A DNA stretch of 64,000 bases from Scenedesmus sp. PABB004 (taxonomy: Eukaryota): contig JABVCE010000022.1 in the NCBI GenBank assembly GCA_014905635.1, positions 310,001 through 374,000 on the forward strand. The letters run 5' to 3'. Below the pieces are notes generated by a model. It was not told where the DNA came from. It ran no database searches and was given only the letters and a program-made list of their open reading frames with translations. Below, piece by piece: positions 35,601 to 45,982 of this stretch (position 1 is the stretch's first letter; every line of letters starts with the position of its first letter). Made by a program: the position numbers and the translations under genes.

Positions 35601-37304
35601 AGGCCGCGCCGCAGCTCCAGCGTCAGGGCCTGCCCCGCCTGCCGGGCCACCTGCTGGCCGCGCCGGCACCTGAAAAGTCACAGCGCGCTGCGAAGCGGGT
35701 GCCGCGCCCTCCTGCGGTGGCTGCTCCGCGCCGTCGCCCGCCTCGCCGGCCAGCTCCGGCCCGCCCGCGCCCGCCGCATTCGCCGCCGCTGCGGCTGCCT
35801 CGGCCGTCGCCGCGTCGGACAGCCGCCGGCCGGGCTCGGCCGCCTCTGCCGCCAGCACGAGTGCCTCAAACCCGCTGCCGTCCTCGTCGCCGCCGTCCCC
35901 ACCGCCGCCAGGCTCGTCGCTGGCCGCCTGAGGCTGCTGCTCAGCCGGCCGCGTGGCGCCCTCAAGCGCACGCAGCTGCCACTCAATGGAGTCGCCGGCT
36001 GTGCGCTCGGGCAGCTGGCACACGCTTCCGCCGCCAACGCTGCTGCCGCTGCCGCGTCCAGGCTGCTCCACCTGGGCGTCCAGGCCCGCCTCCTCGCAGC
36101 ACGCGCGCAGCGCCTCCGCGGACAGCCGCCGCCCCGGCGCCGCCTGTTCCAGGCTGAGCAGCTCTGACTCAAAGTCCAGGCTGCCGCACGTGCTGCCTGG
36201 CGCGTCGTCGCGCACCGCCGCCCGGCTGCCAGGCTCGAGCCCGGCCGGTGGCAGCGGCCGCGCGTCGCTGCTGCGGTGCGCCTTGATGGCCCAGCCGCCA
36301 GCCACATCAGTGCCGGGCTCCGCCTTGATGAGCGCCGCCCGGCCGTCCGGCGACGCGCCGCCCGGCGCGCTGGCCCGCCTCCCCCAGCCGCACGGCGGCG
36401 GCGCCGCGGACTGCGCCTGCTCCAGGCCCTGCTCCGGCTGCTCCTCCGGCGCCGTGCTCTGCTGCGCGGGGCGCGCCGCTGCGGCCAGCAGTGCATCGAC
36501 GTCCGTCTGCAGGCTGGTCAGCGCGTGCAGCGCGCGCTCCAGCAGCGCACGCTGGTGCAGGCGCTGCTGCCACAGCACGGCCTCCAGCGGGTTCAGCACC
36601 GCCAGCAGCGCGTGGTGGTCGGGCTCAGGCGCGGCCGCGCCGCGCGGGCTCGCGCTGGCGGTCCGGCCCTGCCCCGGCGCTGCCGACCACAGCAGCAGCT
36701 GCGCTGCCGCCAGCGGGCCCTGCCCCTCGGCGGAGCCGCCACTCCCACTCCGGCCGCTGCCGCTGCCACTGTCGCTGCCGGCGCCGCTGCCGCTGCCACT
36801 GTCGCTGCCGGCGCCGCTGCGGCTGCCCGGCGCGCTGCGCGCGGCCCGCCCGCGCCCGGCCGGCGGCTGCGCATGCTGGGCCCACGCCGGCTGCAGCGTC
36901 GCCTGGGTGGCCACCCAGCTGTCAACGGGGTTCTCGGCCTGTAGAAAGGCGGCCGTGGGCTGGCTGCCGACGACGCGCCCCGCGTGGCGCGCGGCGCTGC
37001 CGGCCGCGCACATCCGCCCCCCGCCCGACGACGCGTGGCTGGCAGGCGCGGTGGGGGAGCTGACGCAGCTGCTCGTCTCCTCCACGATCGCCGCCAGCCG
37101 CGGCGCGCGCGGCTCGCCGCCGCCGCCATCGTCGGCTGGCGGCGTGGCAGGCCCCTGGCCGCCGCTGGCCTGGGGCTGTTCGCCGCTGCCGCCGCGCGTT
37201 GGCGGTGCCGCGCCCGCGGTGGCGTCGACGGTGTCCAGCCAGAAGCTCGACGCCGAGCTGCCGCCGCTGCGCCAGCTGCCGCCGCTGCGCCGCGGGGCCG
37301 CCAT
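32676..37304 (-). CDS. Very long (~1540 aa) apparently intronless low-complexity hypothetical protein
   Basis: A 4.6-kb open frame with protein-like composition (A/P/Q/S/E with Leu-rich helical blocks such as LLERALHALTSLQTDVDALL and SLDEQLRGIDAALQQLER). The 3' end may be spliced. Confidence 0.65.
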   Translation of the reverse strand: MAAPRRSGGSWRSGGSSASSFWLDTVDATAGAAPPTRGGSGEQPQASGGQGPATPPADDGGGGEPRAPRLAAIVEETSSCVSSPTAPASHASSGGGRMCAAGSAARHAGRVVGSQPTAAFLQAENPVDSWVATQATLQPAWAQHAQPPAGRGRAARSAPGSRSGAGSDSGSGSGAGSDSGSGSGRSGSGGSAEGQGPLAAAQLLLWSAAPGQGRTASASPRGAAAPEPDHHALLAVLNPLEAVLWQQRLHQRALLERALHALTSLQTDVDALLAAAARPAQQSTAPEEQPEQGLEQAQSAAPPPCGWGRRASAPGGASPDGRAALIKAEPGTDVAGGWAIKAHRSSDARPLPPAGLEPGSRAAVRDDAPGSTCGSLDFESELLSLEQAAPGRRLSAEALRACCEEAGLDAQVEQPGRGSGSSVGGGSVCQLPERTAGDSIEWQLRALEGATRPAEQQPQAASDEPGGGGDGGDEDGSGFEALVLAAEAAEPGRRLSDAATAEAAAAAANAAGAGGPELAGEAGDGAEQPPQEGAAPASQRAVTFQVPARPAGGPAGGAGPDAGAAARPGPWLSRGAVPAVADGNPVGEPPALQGEPASMRVEAPAGSAIVLRRPGGLVATAGSTAEESPAGRPQLQQHPVAAAEASLTASPGSIAGSIAGSIGGSSSSSSGDFEALMRANEVAARAAAGHAGAAQEDRWWEEAPDARDEPETHPAAEPGPALHAEPALPAQAPAEAASQRAPDAGGEPSNSSSSEDGGSWLLGRERSAELDFECPGSVGGAVGLPLSPRSAAKTGILEFAWMAARAPPAAEAPAAAAQATQAAPQPGAEAEPRQTLQPPLTLPPQPAQLADEPVQQPRPPQPAVKAPMAGAELAGELLLPQAAEAGPTSQAPLPAPQPDAPELAAAESAKQVEAAAVAPPPAQGCAPGEPTDAGVAGPDAGGGGTAVPACVTPPAAEQAALAQAPALVQAQPSAPESAVPAVPAPCPGAGEPLAATAPAEELQHAPRGHSGTGALAQLAAATAAAVGCAALAGASTADSPVQATALQDSPPLPGADGSDPQGPEALEQRLGGQPTSAARAAAGQGAAAPAPAPAAPRAQQPAASPCTASPPAAGASFAESSYLSLPGVASGCSSITLELALADGGSEAGAAPAHLPPQRQQPALEPEAQQPGAAGFGAASAVTAQLPWPLPPPEPPEQSEPLPEQPRRQTHEQPEQLPQPLPPRHQPEQPPQLVPPAAQHATWSLAGGQTGGTATGACCGGCLCHCCRGCAAPPAVPGRSVRRRQPRGSCSTTSGYSSSSSSSDTGSAGAPPSPPALQPPPPLPATAATAPWRAPRRWPRSPSPSSLDEQLRGIDAALQQLERAAHLERGREQALHSALAAERRRWQRWRRQEQQQWQAEAAEDAVEAADAVASAWDARAQALPSGAHPRSRWAAAVGVDWPWPGSAAAGAASGGAAAAAWPRCRGEPGGWAVLPPATPNACAPGARLGAACCGGGVWGDVARECQAELLDQAALLGEAAAAAAEARVAAAALCGGWGGGGW

Positions 37305-37663
37305 GCGGCGCTGCGAGCAGCGTCGGCCTCACCGCGCGCGCCGCCTTGCCCTGGCGCGCGCCTGCGTGCCCCGGGTGGCTTCCATGGCGGTCGGGGAGCT
37401 GACACAGGCGGGCGGGGGCGCAGAGGGAGCGGAGCAGCGGCGTGCGGAGCGGCTGCCAGTCGGTGCGCGCCGGCTCGGCGCGAGACCGCGTGCGAGCGTC
37501 GAGCTCACCGGTAGTGAGCTTGCGGGCGGACCGGTGCGGGCAGGCGGACGACTGGGATGCGAAGGCCAGCGGTCGCGTCGTGCGGCAGCGTTGACTCGGA
37601 CGGCTCTTCATTTTTACGGACGGCTCTCGTGTATCCCCCCTCTCAGCCCCCCCCCCCCCCCCC

Positions 37664-38570
37664 ATGGCGCTGCCCGAGCTGTTCCGGCAACGCGGCGCCC
37701 TCACCGCGCTGCGCCCCGCCGCCGTGGCGGCGGCCGCGGACCGGCACGCCGCCGCGCAGGAGGACGCCAAGCCGCAGCTGCTCCTGCAGCTGGAGCAGGG
37801 CGTCGCGCGCGCGGCGCGCGCGGCCGCCGGCCTGCAGGGCAGCTGCGCGTGGAGCGCGCGGCGGCTGGCGCTCGACGCCCACCGCCAGGCGCGCGCGCGC
37901 GGGCCTGCGAGGCCCCCGACGCGCGCCGCCGTTCCGACGCGCGCCGCCGCCATTCCTGGCAGGCGTTTGACGTGTTTGTGTCGTGCATGACCACCTACCG
38001 CCCGCTGCTGCTGCGCGTCCGCGCCGCGTACGCTGCGGCGCTGGACGACGCACTCGCGAGCGCGCACGACCGCGTCGCCCTGTCCGGTCAGCTGTCGCTC
38101 GCGCCCGTGCGGCACGTGAGCGCAGGCGCGCAGTGCGGGCGCGCGGCGCAGGTGCGCGGGCGCGCGGCGCGCGGTGGGTGCAGGCGACACCCACCAGGCG
38201 CCGGTGCCGCCGCCTGGCAGGCGGAGGCGGTCGCGACGGCGCGGGCCGACGCCGAGGCGGCGGCGGTGGCGATGGCGCAGGAGCTGCAGGACAAGCTGGG
38301 CGAGCTGGAGCGCGCCGCGGCCGAGGTGCGCACGCTGCGCCATGCGGCGCTCGCCGGCCGCGCCGGCGCGCGTCGCGGCGATCGTGCGGTGCGCCCGGGT
38401 GCGCGCAGGCGGAGCGGGAGTGCGCCGAGGCGGAGGAGGCGCTGCAGTGTCTGCAGAGGACGGTCCTGCAGGCGCGGCGGGAGGCGGACCAGCTCCAGCA
38501 GTCCAACGCGTGCGCCGGGCGGGAGCTGCTGGCGGCCTCGAGCTGGGCGCACCTCGCCGCGAGCGGCTGA
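37664..38570 (+). CDS. TSNAXIP1 N-terminal-domain coiled-coil protein, 4 exons
   Basis: KPQLLLQLEQGV...RLALDAHRQ|AFDVFVSCMTTYRPLLLRVRAAY resembles the TSNAXIP1/CLHC1 N-domain pattern KPxFLxQLE...YRExFxxFIxxFKTYKPLLxxIKxxY. The first intron has a GC donor (37889). Confidence 0.72.
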
Positions 38571-38859
38571 TCAGGAGGAGTGCTGAGTTAAACACCCGGG
38601 GACCGCCAGGCCCAGCTGCAGCGCTGGGGCCGCCCCGCCTCGCGCGCCGTGCTGAAAATCACGCACGGGGGGTGAAAAAAGCTCGTCTCTGCTGCAAGCG
38701 CGCGCCAAAATGCCCGGCCGCTCGTCCCAGAGCGGCGGCGCGCGCGCCGCACACGTACTACGCCACGCCGCTCGGCTGCCAACGCCAACGCCGGCGCCAA
38801 CCCTCGCTGAGCCCGCCGCGACAAGGGGGCACCCCGCCACCCCCGCCGGCCTGGCTCAC

Positions 38860-39692
38860 TCACACGTTCTGCTGCGTCTTGGCCCCCTCCTCCTGCAGGC
38901 GCGGCCGGCGAGGGGGCGGTGGTGGGCCCCGCGAAGCCGCGCCGCGCGCGTGGCTCCCACGCCGCCGGCGCCGCGCCGCCGGCGCCCCGCGCACCTGGCG
39001 GGAGTGGATGTTGGGGGTCCGCGCCTCCTCAGACACCATGAAGTCAGAGGACTTGAACACCTGCACGAGCCACGGCGCGGGCGGGCCGGCGGCGGGGCCC
39101 GTCAGCCGTCCGCCGCGCCAGGGACTACACCGTGCCGCCCGGCGCCCTGCCCAGCCAGCTGCGCCGCCGCCGAGCGCGCGGGGCCGGCCGCGCACGCGCC
39201 TGCTGGTCCTTGCCCGAGGTCTTCATGTCGCCCGCCGTGCCGCGCAGCTTCGCGCGCCGCGCCTCCTTGCTGCGGGCGTCGGTGGGGCGCCGGCGGGGGC
39301 GGCGGTGGCGGGGAAGGCGGCGGTGGCGGGGAAGGCGGCAGTGGCGGGGAGGGCGGCGGTGGCGGGGCCGCGGCGGCGCCAGCCGGGCGGCGCTGCTGCG
39401 GCGGCGCTGCTGCGCCGCCCCGCCCTCACGCGGCGAGCGCCTCCTTGAAGTCCTTGGCCTGCGCCGAGCCGCTGGAGAGCAGCACCAGGCCCGTGCCCAG
39501 CAGCAGCGCCCTGCAAGGGGGCGGGCGGAGAGCGGTGGTTTGCGGCAGCTCCGGCATGCGTGGCACACCGCGCTCGCCCCGCGCGTCCGAGGTCCCGCAC
39601 CTCCTGCCCTTCGGCTTTGGGACCTGACGCACTCTCCCCGCGACAACCGGGCGCGCCTGCGCGACGGCCGGACGCGTGGCGGCGACGAGCAT
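38860..39692 (-). CDS. Small uncharacterised thylakoid-lumen-type protein with a Tat-like signal, 5 exons
   Basis: MLVAATRPAV...GR|RALLLGTGLVLLSSGSAQA-KDFKEALA|AKEARRAKLR...DQQ|VFKSSDF...HSRQ|EEGAKTQQNV*: twin Arg, hydrophobic core and AxA cleavage site. Confidence 0.75.
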
Positions 39693-41260
39693 CGCGGCGC
39701 TCTGCTGCTGCTGCGGGTGCTCGGCTCGTGCCGGGGCGGGCGGGCTGTGCCGGTGCGCGGGAGCGGTGAGGCCGCGACGAACGAGGGCGGCTGGCGGCGT
39801 TTCGCGACCATTGCGGTTCAGCAACGCACCCCGTCCTGGCACACACGCGCGCCCTCGAGGCTGTCGACACACACACACGCACGGACGCACGCACGCGTGC
39901 AGGGGCACCCCTGCACGCCGCAAGTTGGGACACACAGTGCTGGGGGTGCCGCCGAGTTCGCGGCGGCGGGCCAAGGGACCCAACGACGGCCCGCCCAACC
40001 TCTCCCGTGCAGTGCCAGACCAGACCTCTCGTGAGCCATGGCAAGTGCTGCGACCCCGTCGCCGCCGTCCCGTGCGTGAGGCGCGCGAGGCATATCATCA
40101 ACGTGGCGCGCCAATGAGCTGTGCGCGTGCCATGGGAGAGATGGGGGCGGGTCGAGGCGAGGCGAGGGGGGGGGGGGCGTCTCGGGCGCCTGGGCCCGGG
40201 CGGCCCGCCCGGTCTTGAATCCAGGGCCCCCACTAGGAAGCATCAGTCCAACGCAACGCAAAGCCCAGCAGTGCGCCGCCCGCGAGTGAAGACATGTTAT
40301 GTGATTGCGCCCGCCCGGACGGGGCGGCCGCGATGTCGCCGCCGCGCCGCGCCGCGCCGCGCCGCGCCCGCGCCGCAGTGCTGACCCGTGGCTGAGCGCC
40401 GAACCAGAACGGAAACGGAATCGAAGTGCGCGCGTGCTTGGCTGGGGCCCAGGCCGCTAAACACCCATGGGCGACCGTGCCTGACAGCACAGGTCATGAC
40501 GATCCCTCGCCCGAGGCGGGGCCGCGTGCGCCCTGCCCTGCCGCCCTCGCAGCAGCGGCGCGCCAGCCGGTCACGGACGCGAGGAGAGGTGCGACAGAGA
40601 GAGGGCTGGTGCGGTGAGCCGCGATTGGGCGGGACTCACTCACACCACCACCAGGCAAAGCATGCAAACACGACATGTGACCGAGCAGAGCAACCCACGC
40701 AGGCACGCAGACAGACAGAGACAGAGACGTGCACGCAGGGCGCCTGGCGAGGGCCACAGCATGCGTCGCGCGATCGAGCGCAACTGAACGCACTCCCACA
40801 AACCCCCGCAGTCCATGCAGCCCGCGCGCCACTCGGCGCACCAGCCGCTGCGGCAGCAATCGCCGCGGCCCGCCAGCATGCGCGGCAGGCCCCCCCGCAG
40901 CGGTGGGGTGGTCGGTCGACACCCAGCACACACACCGAGCACGCACGGGCGGCGCGGCGCGGAACGTCCGTGGCCGCGCCGTCGCCAGGCCCGCGCACAC
41001 ACGCGGTCCAAAGCAGCCGTCCCTGAGCAGCGCGCCCGCCCGGCGCACCAACGCGATCCACCACCACGCGGCCCGTTCGGCTGCTCAACAGCGGCGGCGC
41101 GCTGCACAGCTGCCAGGCCGCCACGCCCCGCCGCCCCGGGGCCGCGGCGCCGCTGCATGCTGCGCAGCTGTTGAACCCCCTCGTCCGCGTTCGCACCCCC
41201 CCCCCCTCTGCACGCGCTGCACGCCCACAGCCGTGAACGCGGCAGCAGGCACCGGGGGCC

Positions 41261-43673
41261 TCACAGCCAGCCCAGCTGGTGCCCGCCGCCCGCGCCGGCC
41301 TGCGCCTGCGCGCCGACGCCGGCCGGGCTGGTCAGGCTCTCCATGGTGTTGTTGTCGCAGCTGCTCAGCGCCTCCTCGCCGCCGCCGCCGCCGCCCAGGC
41401 CCCCCAGCGCCCCGGACGCCGCGTGCAGCTGCTGCAGCTGCAGCAGCTGCGCCACTTGGGCGCTGTCGAGCGCCCCCGGCGCGCTGGCCGGCAGGGGCTG
41501 CAGCGCCAGCAGATAGTCAGACGGCAGCTGCCCAGCACCAGCTGCCGTCGCGCTCGCGCCGCCGGTCAGCATCGGGGCGCTGCAGCCCAGCGGCCACGTC
41601 GCGTGGGTCGGGGGCGAGCCGGCCCCTGAATCGCCGCCGCCGCCGCCGCCGGGCAGCAGCACCCACTCGCCGCCGGGCGGCCCCGTGCCCGACAGGACCT
41701 GGAAGCTGCCGCTGCCGCCCGCGGCCGCGCCGGCCAGCGACAGCGTCGGCAGGCCGGACGAGGGGGCGGCCAGCGCCCAGCTGCCACTGCAGCTCATGGT
41801 GCTGCCGTTGCTGACGGCGTGCGCCAGCGGCTGCTGCGGCGAGCCCCGCGCCGACAGCGCGCCCTGCAGCTGCTGCAGCTGCTGCAGCTGCGCCAGCAGC
41901 GCCGCCTGGTCGTTCGACACCTGGCGCTGCAGCGGCGAGCCCACCGCATGCAGCTGTGCGGGCAGGGGCTCGCCCCCGGCGGCCGCCGCCCCTGCTGCCG
42001 CCGCGGCCGCGGCGCCTGCCTGGTTCTGCAGCGCCGCGCGCGCGCCAGGCGACGGGCCCAGCGCGGTCGTGAGCGCCCGCAGCTGCTGCTGCGCCTGCGC
42101 CGCCACCTGGCGGCTGCTGGCTGCGTCCGCCCGGCTGCTCTGGACCTCACGCACGAGCGACTCCAGCAGGGCCGACATGCCCGCCAGGCCGCTGCCGCGC
42201 GGCGCCGCGAGCCCCGCGCTCGCGTCGGCGTCCGCCAGCGGCGCGGCCGCCGGCGCCGCCGGCAGCTGCATCGCGGCGCCCCAGTCGGTGCTGGGCATGG
42301 CCGGCATGGCTGGCGCCTGCGCGTGCTGCTGGAACGTCGCCGCGGGCACCATCAACATGCTGCTGGTGGTGCTCTCGCACGCGCTCGAGCGCCGGCTGTC
42401 GCCCTCCTGCGCGCAGCCGGGCGCCGGCCACGCCGCCACCGTGCCGCCGGTGGCGCGCCAGCCCGGGCCGCTGGGTGAGCACGCGACCGCCGCCGCCGGG
42501 TGCTGCGGGAGCTGCAGCCACACCGTGCGCACGCCGCCGCCCGCCTGAGGGCTGGCGAGGTACGCCGGCTGGACGAACGCCGGCTGGCCCTCGCTCGGCA
42601 GGCCGCTGTCGCGCCGCAGCCGGCTGGGCCCCCCAAACGCGGCGGGCACGTCGCGGCTGGGCATGCGCAGCTGCTCCGCGCCGTGCGCGAAGAAGCACAC
42701 CTGCGCGCGCGGGCGGCGGCGTGGGCGGCGCAAGTCGGCGACGACCCCCCGGGAGAGGGGTGCCGAGCCAGGCGCCGAGCCTGGCGCCGCGCGCGGCCGC
42801 GCCAGGCCCGGCCGCACACCTCGCGGTGGCAGTCGTCGCCGTCCTTGCAGAGCATCGTCCGGAACTTCATGGGGTGCAGCCACGACTCAAACACCTGCGC
42901 GGCCGCGCGCCCCGCGCGTGAGGCCCGGCGTGCGCCGCGCCGCGCGGCGCCGCGCCGCGCCGCGCCGCGCACGTGGTGGCTGTGCGGGCAGGACGCCCCC
43001 AGCTCGCAGGCCTCGCCCTGCACGCGGCGGCGGCGGTCGCGGGGGCAGCGTGTGTGGGCGCCGCGCGCGAGCGCGGCTTCAGGGCGCAGACGGGCGCTGC
43101 GCGCTGCGCTGCGCGCGCCTTGACGATCGCCGGGCACATGTGGCAGTCGTAGCGGTGCGTCCGCGGGTCTCGGCGCTTGGCCTTCTCGCCCGGGTGCGCG
43201 AACGGGCACCTGGCGCGGCGGCGGCGGCGGCGCGGCGGCGGCGTGGGCCGCGCCCGGTAGCCGACGCGCGTAGCTGTCGCCGGCGCCGCCAGGCAGGCGG
43301 CGGTCGCTGCGCGGCAGCGCGCCCCGCCCGCGTGCTCACGTCGTCCACTCGTGGCTATAGCGCTGCGGGCGGGCGGTGCGGGCGCGCGGCGGCGCCGGGG
43401 GTGGGGCCGAGTCGGATGCCACCGGAAACCGGCGCGCAGGGGCGCGCTGCGGGGTCGGCGGCCCACCTTGGAGCACGGGAGGATCTTGTGCGCGTACATG
43501 ATGAACTCGGCCGACTGATACACCGCCTGGGGCACGCGCTGATGATGAGGCCCGCCGGTGCCATCGTCGCGGCTGCGCGTGCGCGCGGGGCGCGCCTCAG
43601 CCGCCGCGGGAGCACGCGAAGACGGCACCCACGCGCCGCACCGCGCGCGCTCGCACCTGCGCCCGGGCTCCAT
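41261..43673 (-). CDS. Second RR-TZF tandem CCCH zinc-finger protein, 7 exons
   Basis: SAEFIMYAHKILPCSK|RYSHEWT|TCPFAHPGEKAKRRDPR...CPAIVK|GEACELGASCPHSHH|VFESWLHPMKFRTMLCKDGDDCHRE|VCFFAHGAEQLR. GC donor at 43118. Confidence 0.92.
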
Positions 43674-43853
43674 CGCGGGCGCGCAGGGCGCGCGAAGGCC
43701 CGTATCGCACGCGTCGCTCGCTGACCCTGCGCCGGGTAGCAGCGAGGCGGCCGTCCCGCAGCCCGTGAGACTGGCCGGCGTGCTGTGCGGCGCGCCGGTC
43801 GAGCGGGGGCGCGGTTGGTCGTAGCGTGCTGTGCCCTGCACCGTCACAGCTGC

Positions 43854-44142
43854 CCGCTCGCCTGGGGCGCTGGCGTCGCCGCGGCGCGCTGAGCGCAGTT
43901 GCCTGCGCCGATCGCGCCGCCAGGCTGCGCGCCGGCGCCAGGCGCGGCGCCGCGCCGCCGCCGCAATCGGGCGCGGCGATTGCGCCTGCGCGCCGTGTGG
44001 CCTGCGCGCGGCGGCCGCCGCCAGGCCTCCGTGGCGCGCGGCGGGGCGCCAGCGCGCCCGCAAGCTCGGTCACACGCGTTCCCGCGCGCCCGTGGGCACC
44101 GATCACGGCAGCGCGGCTGCGAGCGCGGCGGCAAGCTCGCGC
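43854..44142. repeat. Direct repeat copy 1 (~290 bp; thioesterase C-terminal codons plus 3' UTR)
   Basis: Near-identical to 45983-46271 at a constant offset of 2129. Confidence 0.95.
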
Positions 44143-45739
44143 AGCCACGCCGCCTTGGCGGCCGGCTGCAGCGGCCACAGGTGGTGGCCCGCCACCTCGC
44201 TGGCGGTCACGGGGCCGTGCGTGCAGCCTCCCCACGCCTGCGCGACGTGCGGGCGCGCCTGGCGGGGCCCGCGCGGCCGGGCTGCACGCGCCGGCCCGCG
44301 GGCCGCGGCGCCGCGGCCCGCAGGCAGTCGCACCTCCACCATCGCGCGGGTCACGCGCCGGTCGGCGGCGCCCCAGAACAGCCGCAGCGGGAAGGTGAAG
44401 GCGCGGGGCGGGTCGGGGCTGCGCGGCGGCCGCGTGAAGGCGCGTCACGGCGGCCGTGGCGGGCCAGCGCGCCCGCGCAGCTCACCGACCGCCGGCCGGC
44501 CGGCCCTGGCGCCTCGCGGCGGCCACGTGAGCGGCGCACCTCGGCGCGTACTCGTCAAAGAGCCGGAAGTCGGCCCGCAGCTGCGCGCCGTACACGGCCC
44601 ACTGCGCCGGCGCAAACACCGCGTCCCTGACGTCCCAGCCGCGGCACTCCTCCTGCGCGCGCGCCGCGCCGCGCCGCGCGCGTGGGTGCGCCGGCGGCGC
44701 CGCGCGGCGCGGGCGCGCGCGCGCGCGCGCGCGCCTGGCCAGCGTGCGGCGCCGCCGGCACCTTGAACTGAGCCTCGTCCAGCGCCGCTTGGCGGCGCCA
44801 GGGCCGCGCCGCCTCGGGGATGCCGGGCCAGGGCATGGCCGACAGGCACGCGACGGCGGGCTCGGGGAAGCCTGCGCGGTGGCGGCCCGGTGGGGGCCTC
44901 CGCGGCGCGCACGGCGCGCGGCTTGGCGCGCGGCCGCCCAGCTTGTTTTGGCCGCGGCCGCCTGCGCAGGCTGCCGCCGCCGCGCGGCGCGCCTGCGCGC
45001 GTGCCGGCTGCGCACCCTCGGCGCGCAGGAGCAGCAGCAGCTCCCAGGCGGCCCAGGCGCCCATCGAGTGCCCGCAGACCGCCCAGGCGCCCGCCGCCGC
45101 CAGCGCCGGCGCGACGAGCGGCAGCAGCTCCCGCGCGACCGCCTGCAGCGTCGGCAGCGGCGCCTCGCGCGCGCGCAGGGCGCGCCCGGGCAGCTGCGGC
45201 GCGAGCAGCTGCCAGCGCCGCGCACGCGCGAGCTCCAGCAGGGGGCTGGGCGCGCGCCGCGCGCCGGTGCCCTCCGACGTCCACATGTCCTGGCGCCGCC
45301 GGCGGCGGCGGCGGGGCAGCGGGCGGGGCGTGGGCTCGCTCTGGCGCAGGACCCCTGCAGCCGCTCCCCCTGCAGCTGCCGCCGCCCACCTCGGCGCAGC
45401 CGGCGCAGTGGAACGCAATCACGACCGCCGCGGGGCGCGCGCATGCGGTGCGTGGCAGCCCCGGAAACGCGGCCGCGGCCGCGCGCACGTCGGGCGCGGG
45501 CCAGCGCGCGGCGAGCGCGGCGAGGTCTGACGGCGCGTAGTGCTGCCGCAGCTGCTCCTCGGTCCTGCGGTGCGTGTGCGTGGGACGCGCGCCGGTGCGC
45601 GCCGCCCGCGCGCCGCCCGCGCGCCGCACCAGCGCTCGAGCTCCTCCTCGCTCGGCTCCGGCGGCAGCGGCCTGCCGGCCTCCTCGGCCTCCTCGCGCAG
45701 CACCTCCAGCAGGTTGATCTTGCGCAGCAGGGCAGCCAT
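44103..45739 (-). CDS. Type II thioesterase (GrsT/TEII-like alpha/beta hydrolase), multi-exon
   Basis: FHCAG, QLPGRALRAREAP, GHSMG nucleophile elbow, LRADF, FWGAADRRV and GHHLWPL catalytic-His region, all in TEII order. Confidence 0.88.
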
Positions 45740-45982
45740 CGTGGCCACAGCAGCGGCGCGACCGGCGGTCGCTGCAGCGCTGCGGCCACCGGCGAGCCGC
45801 GCGGGCTCCTCGCAGGTGTCGTAGGCGCCCGCGAAGCTCGCGAGGAGTAGTCACGCGAGCTCAGGGCGGCGGCGTCGCGCCGTCGGGGCGGCGCGTGTTT
45901 TTGCGGTGGACGCGCCAAGGGTGCGCCGGCAGCTGCCGGCGGGGCTGGGTTGAGCTACGGGGGCACTCTGGAGCCTGCCGCG

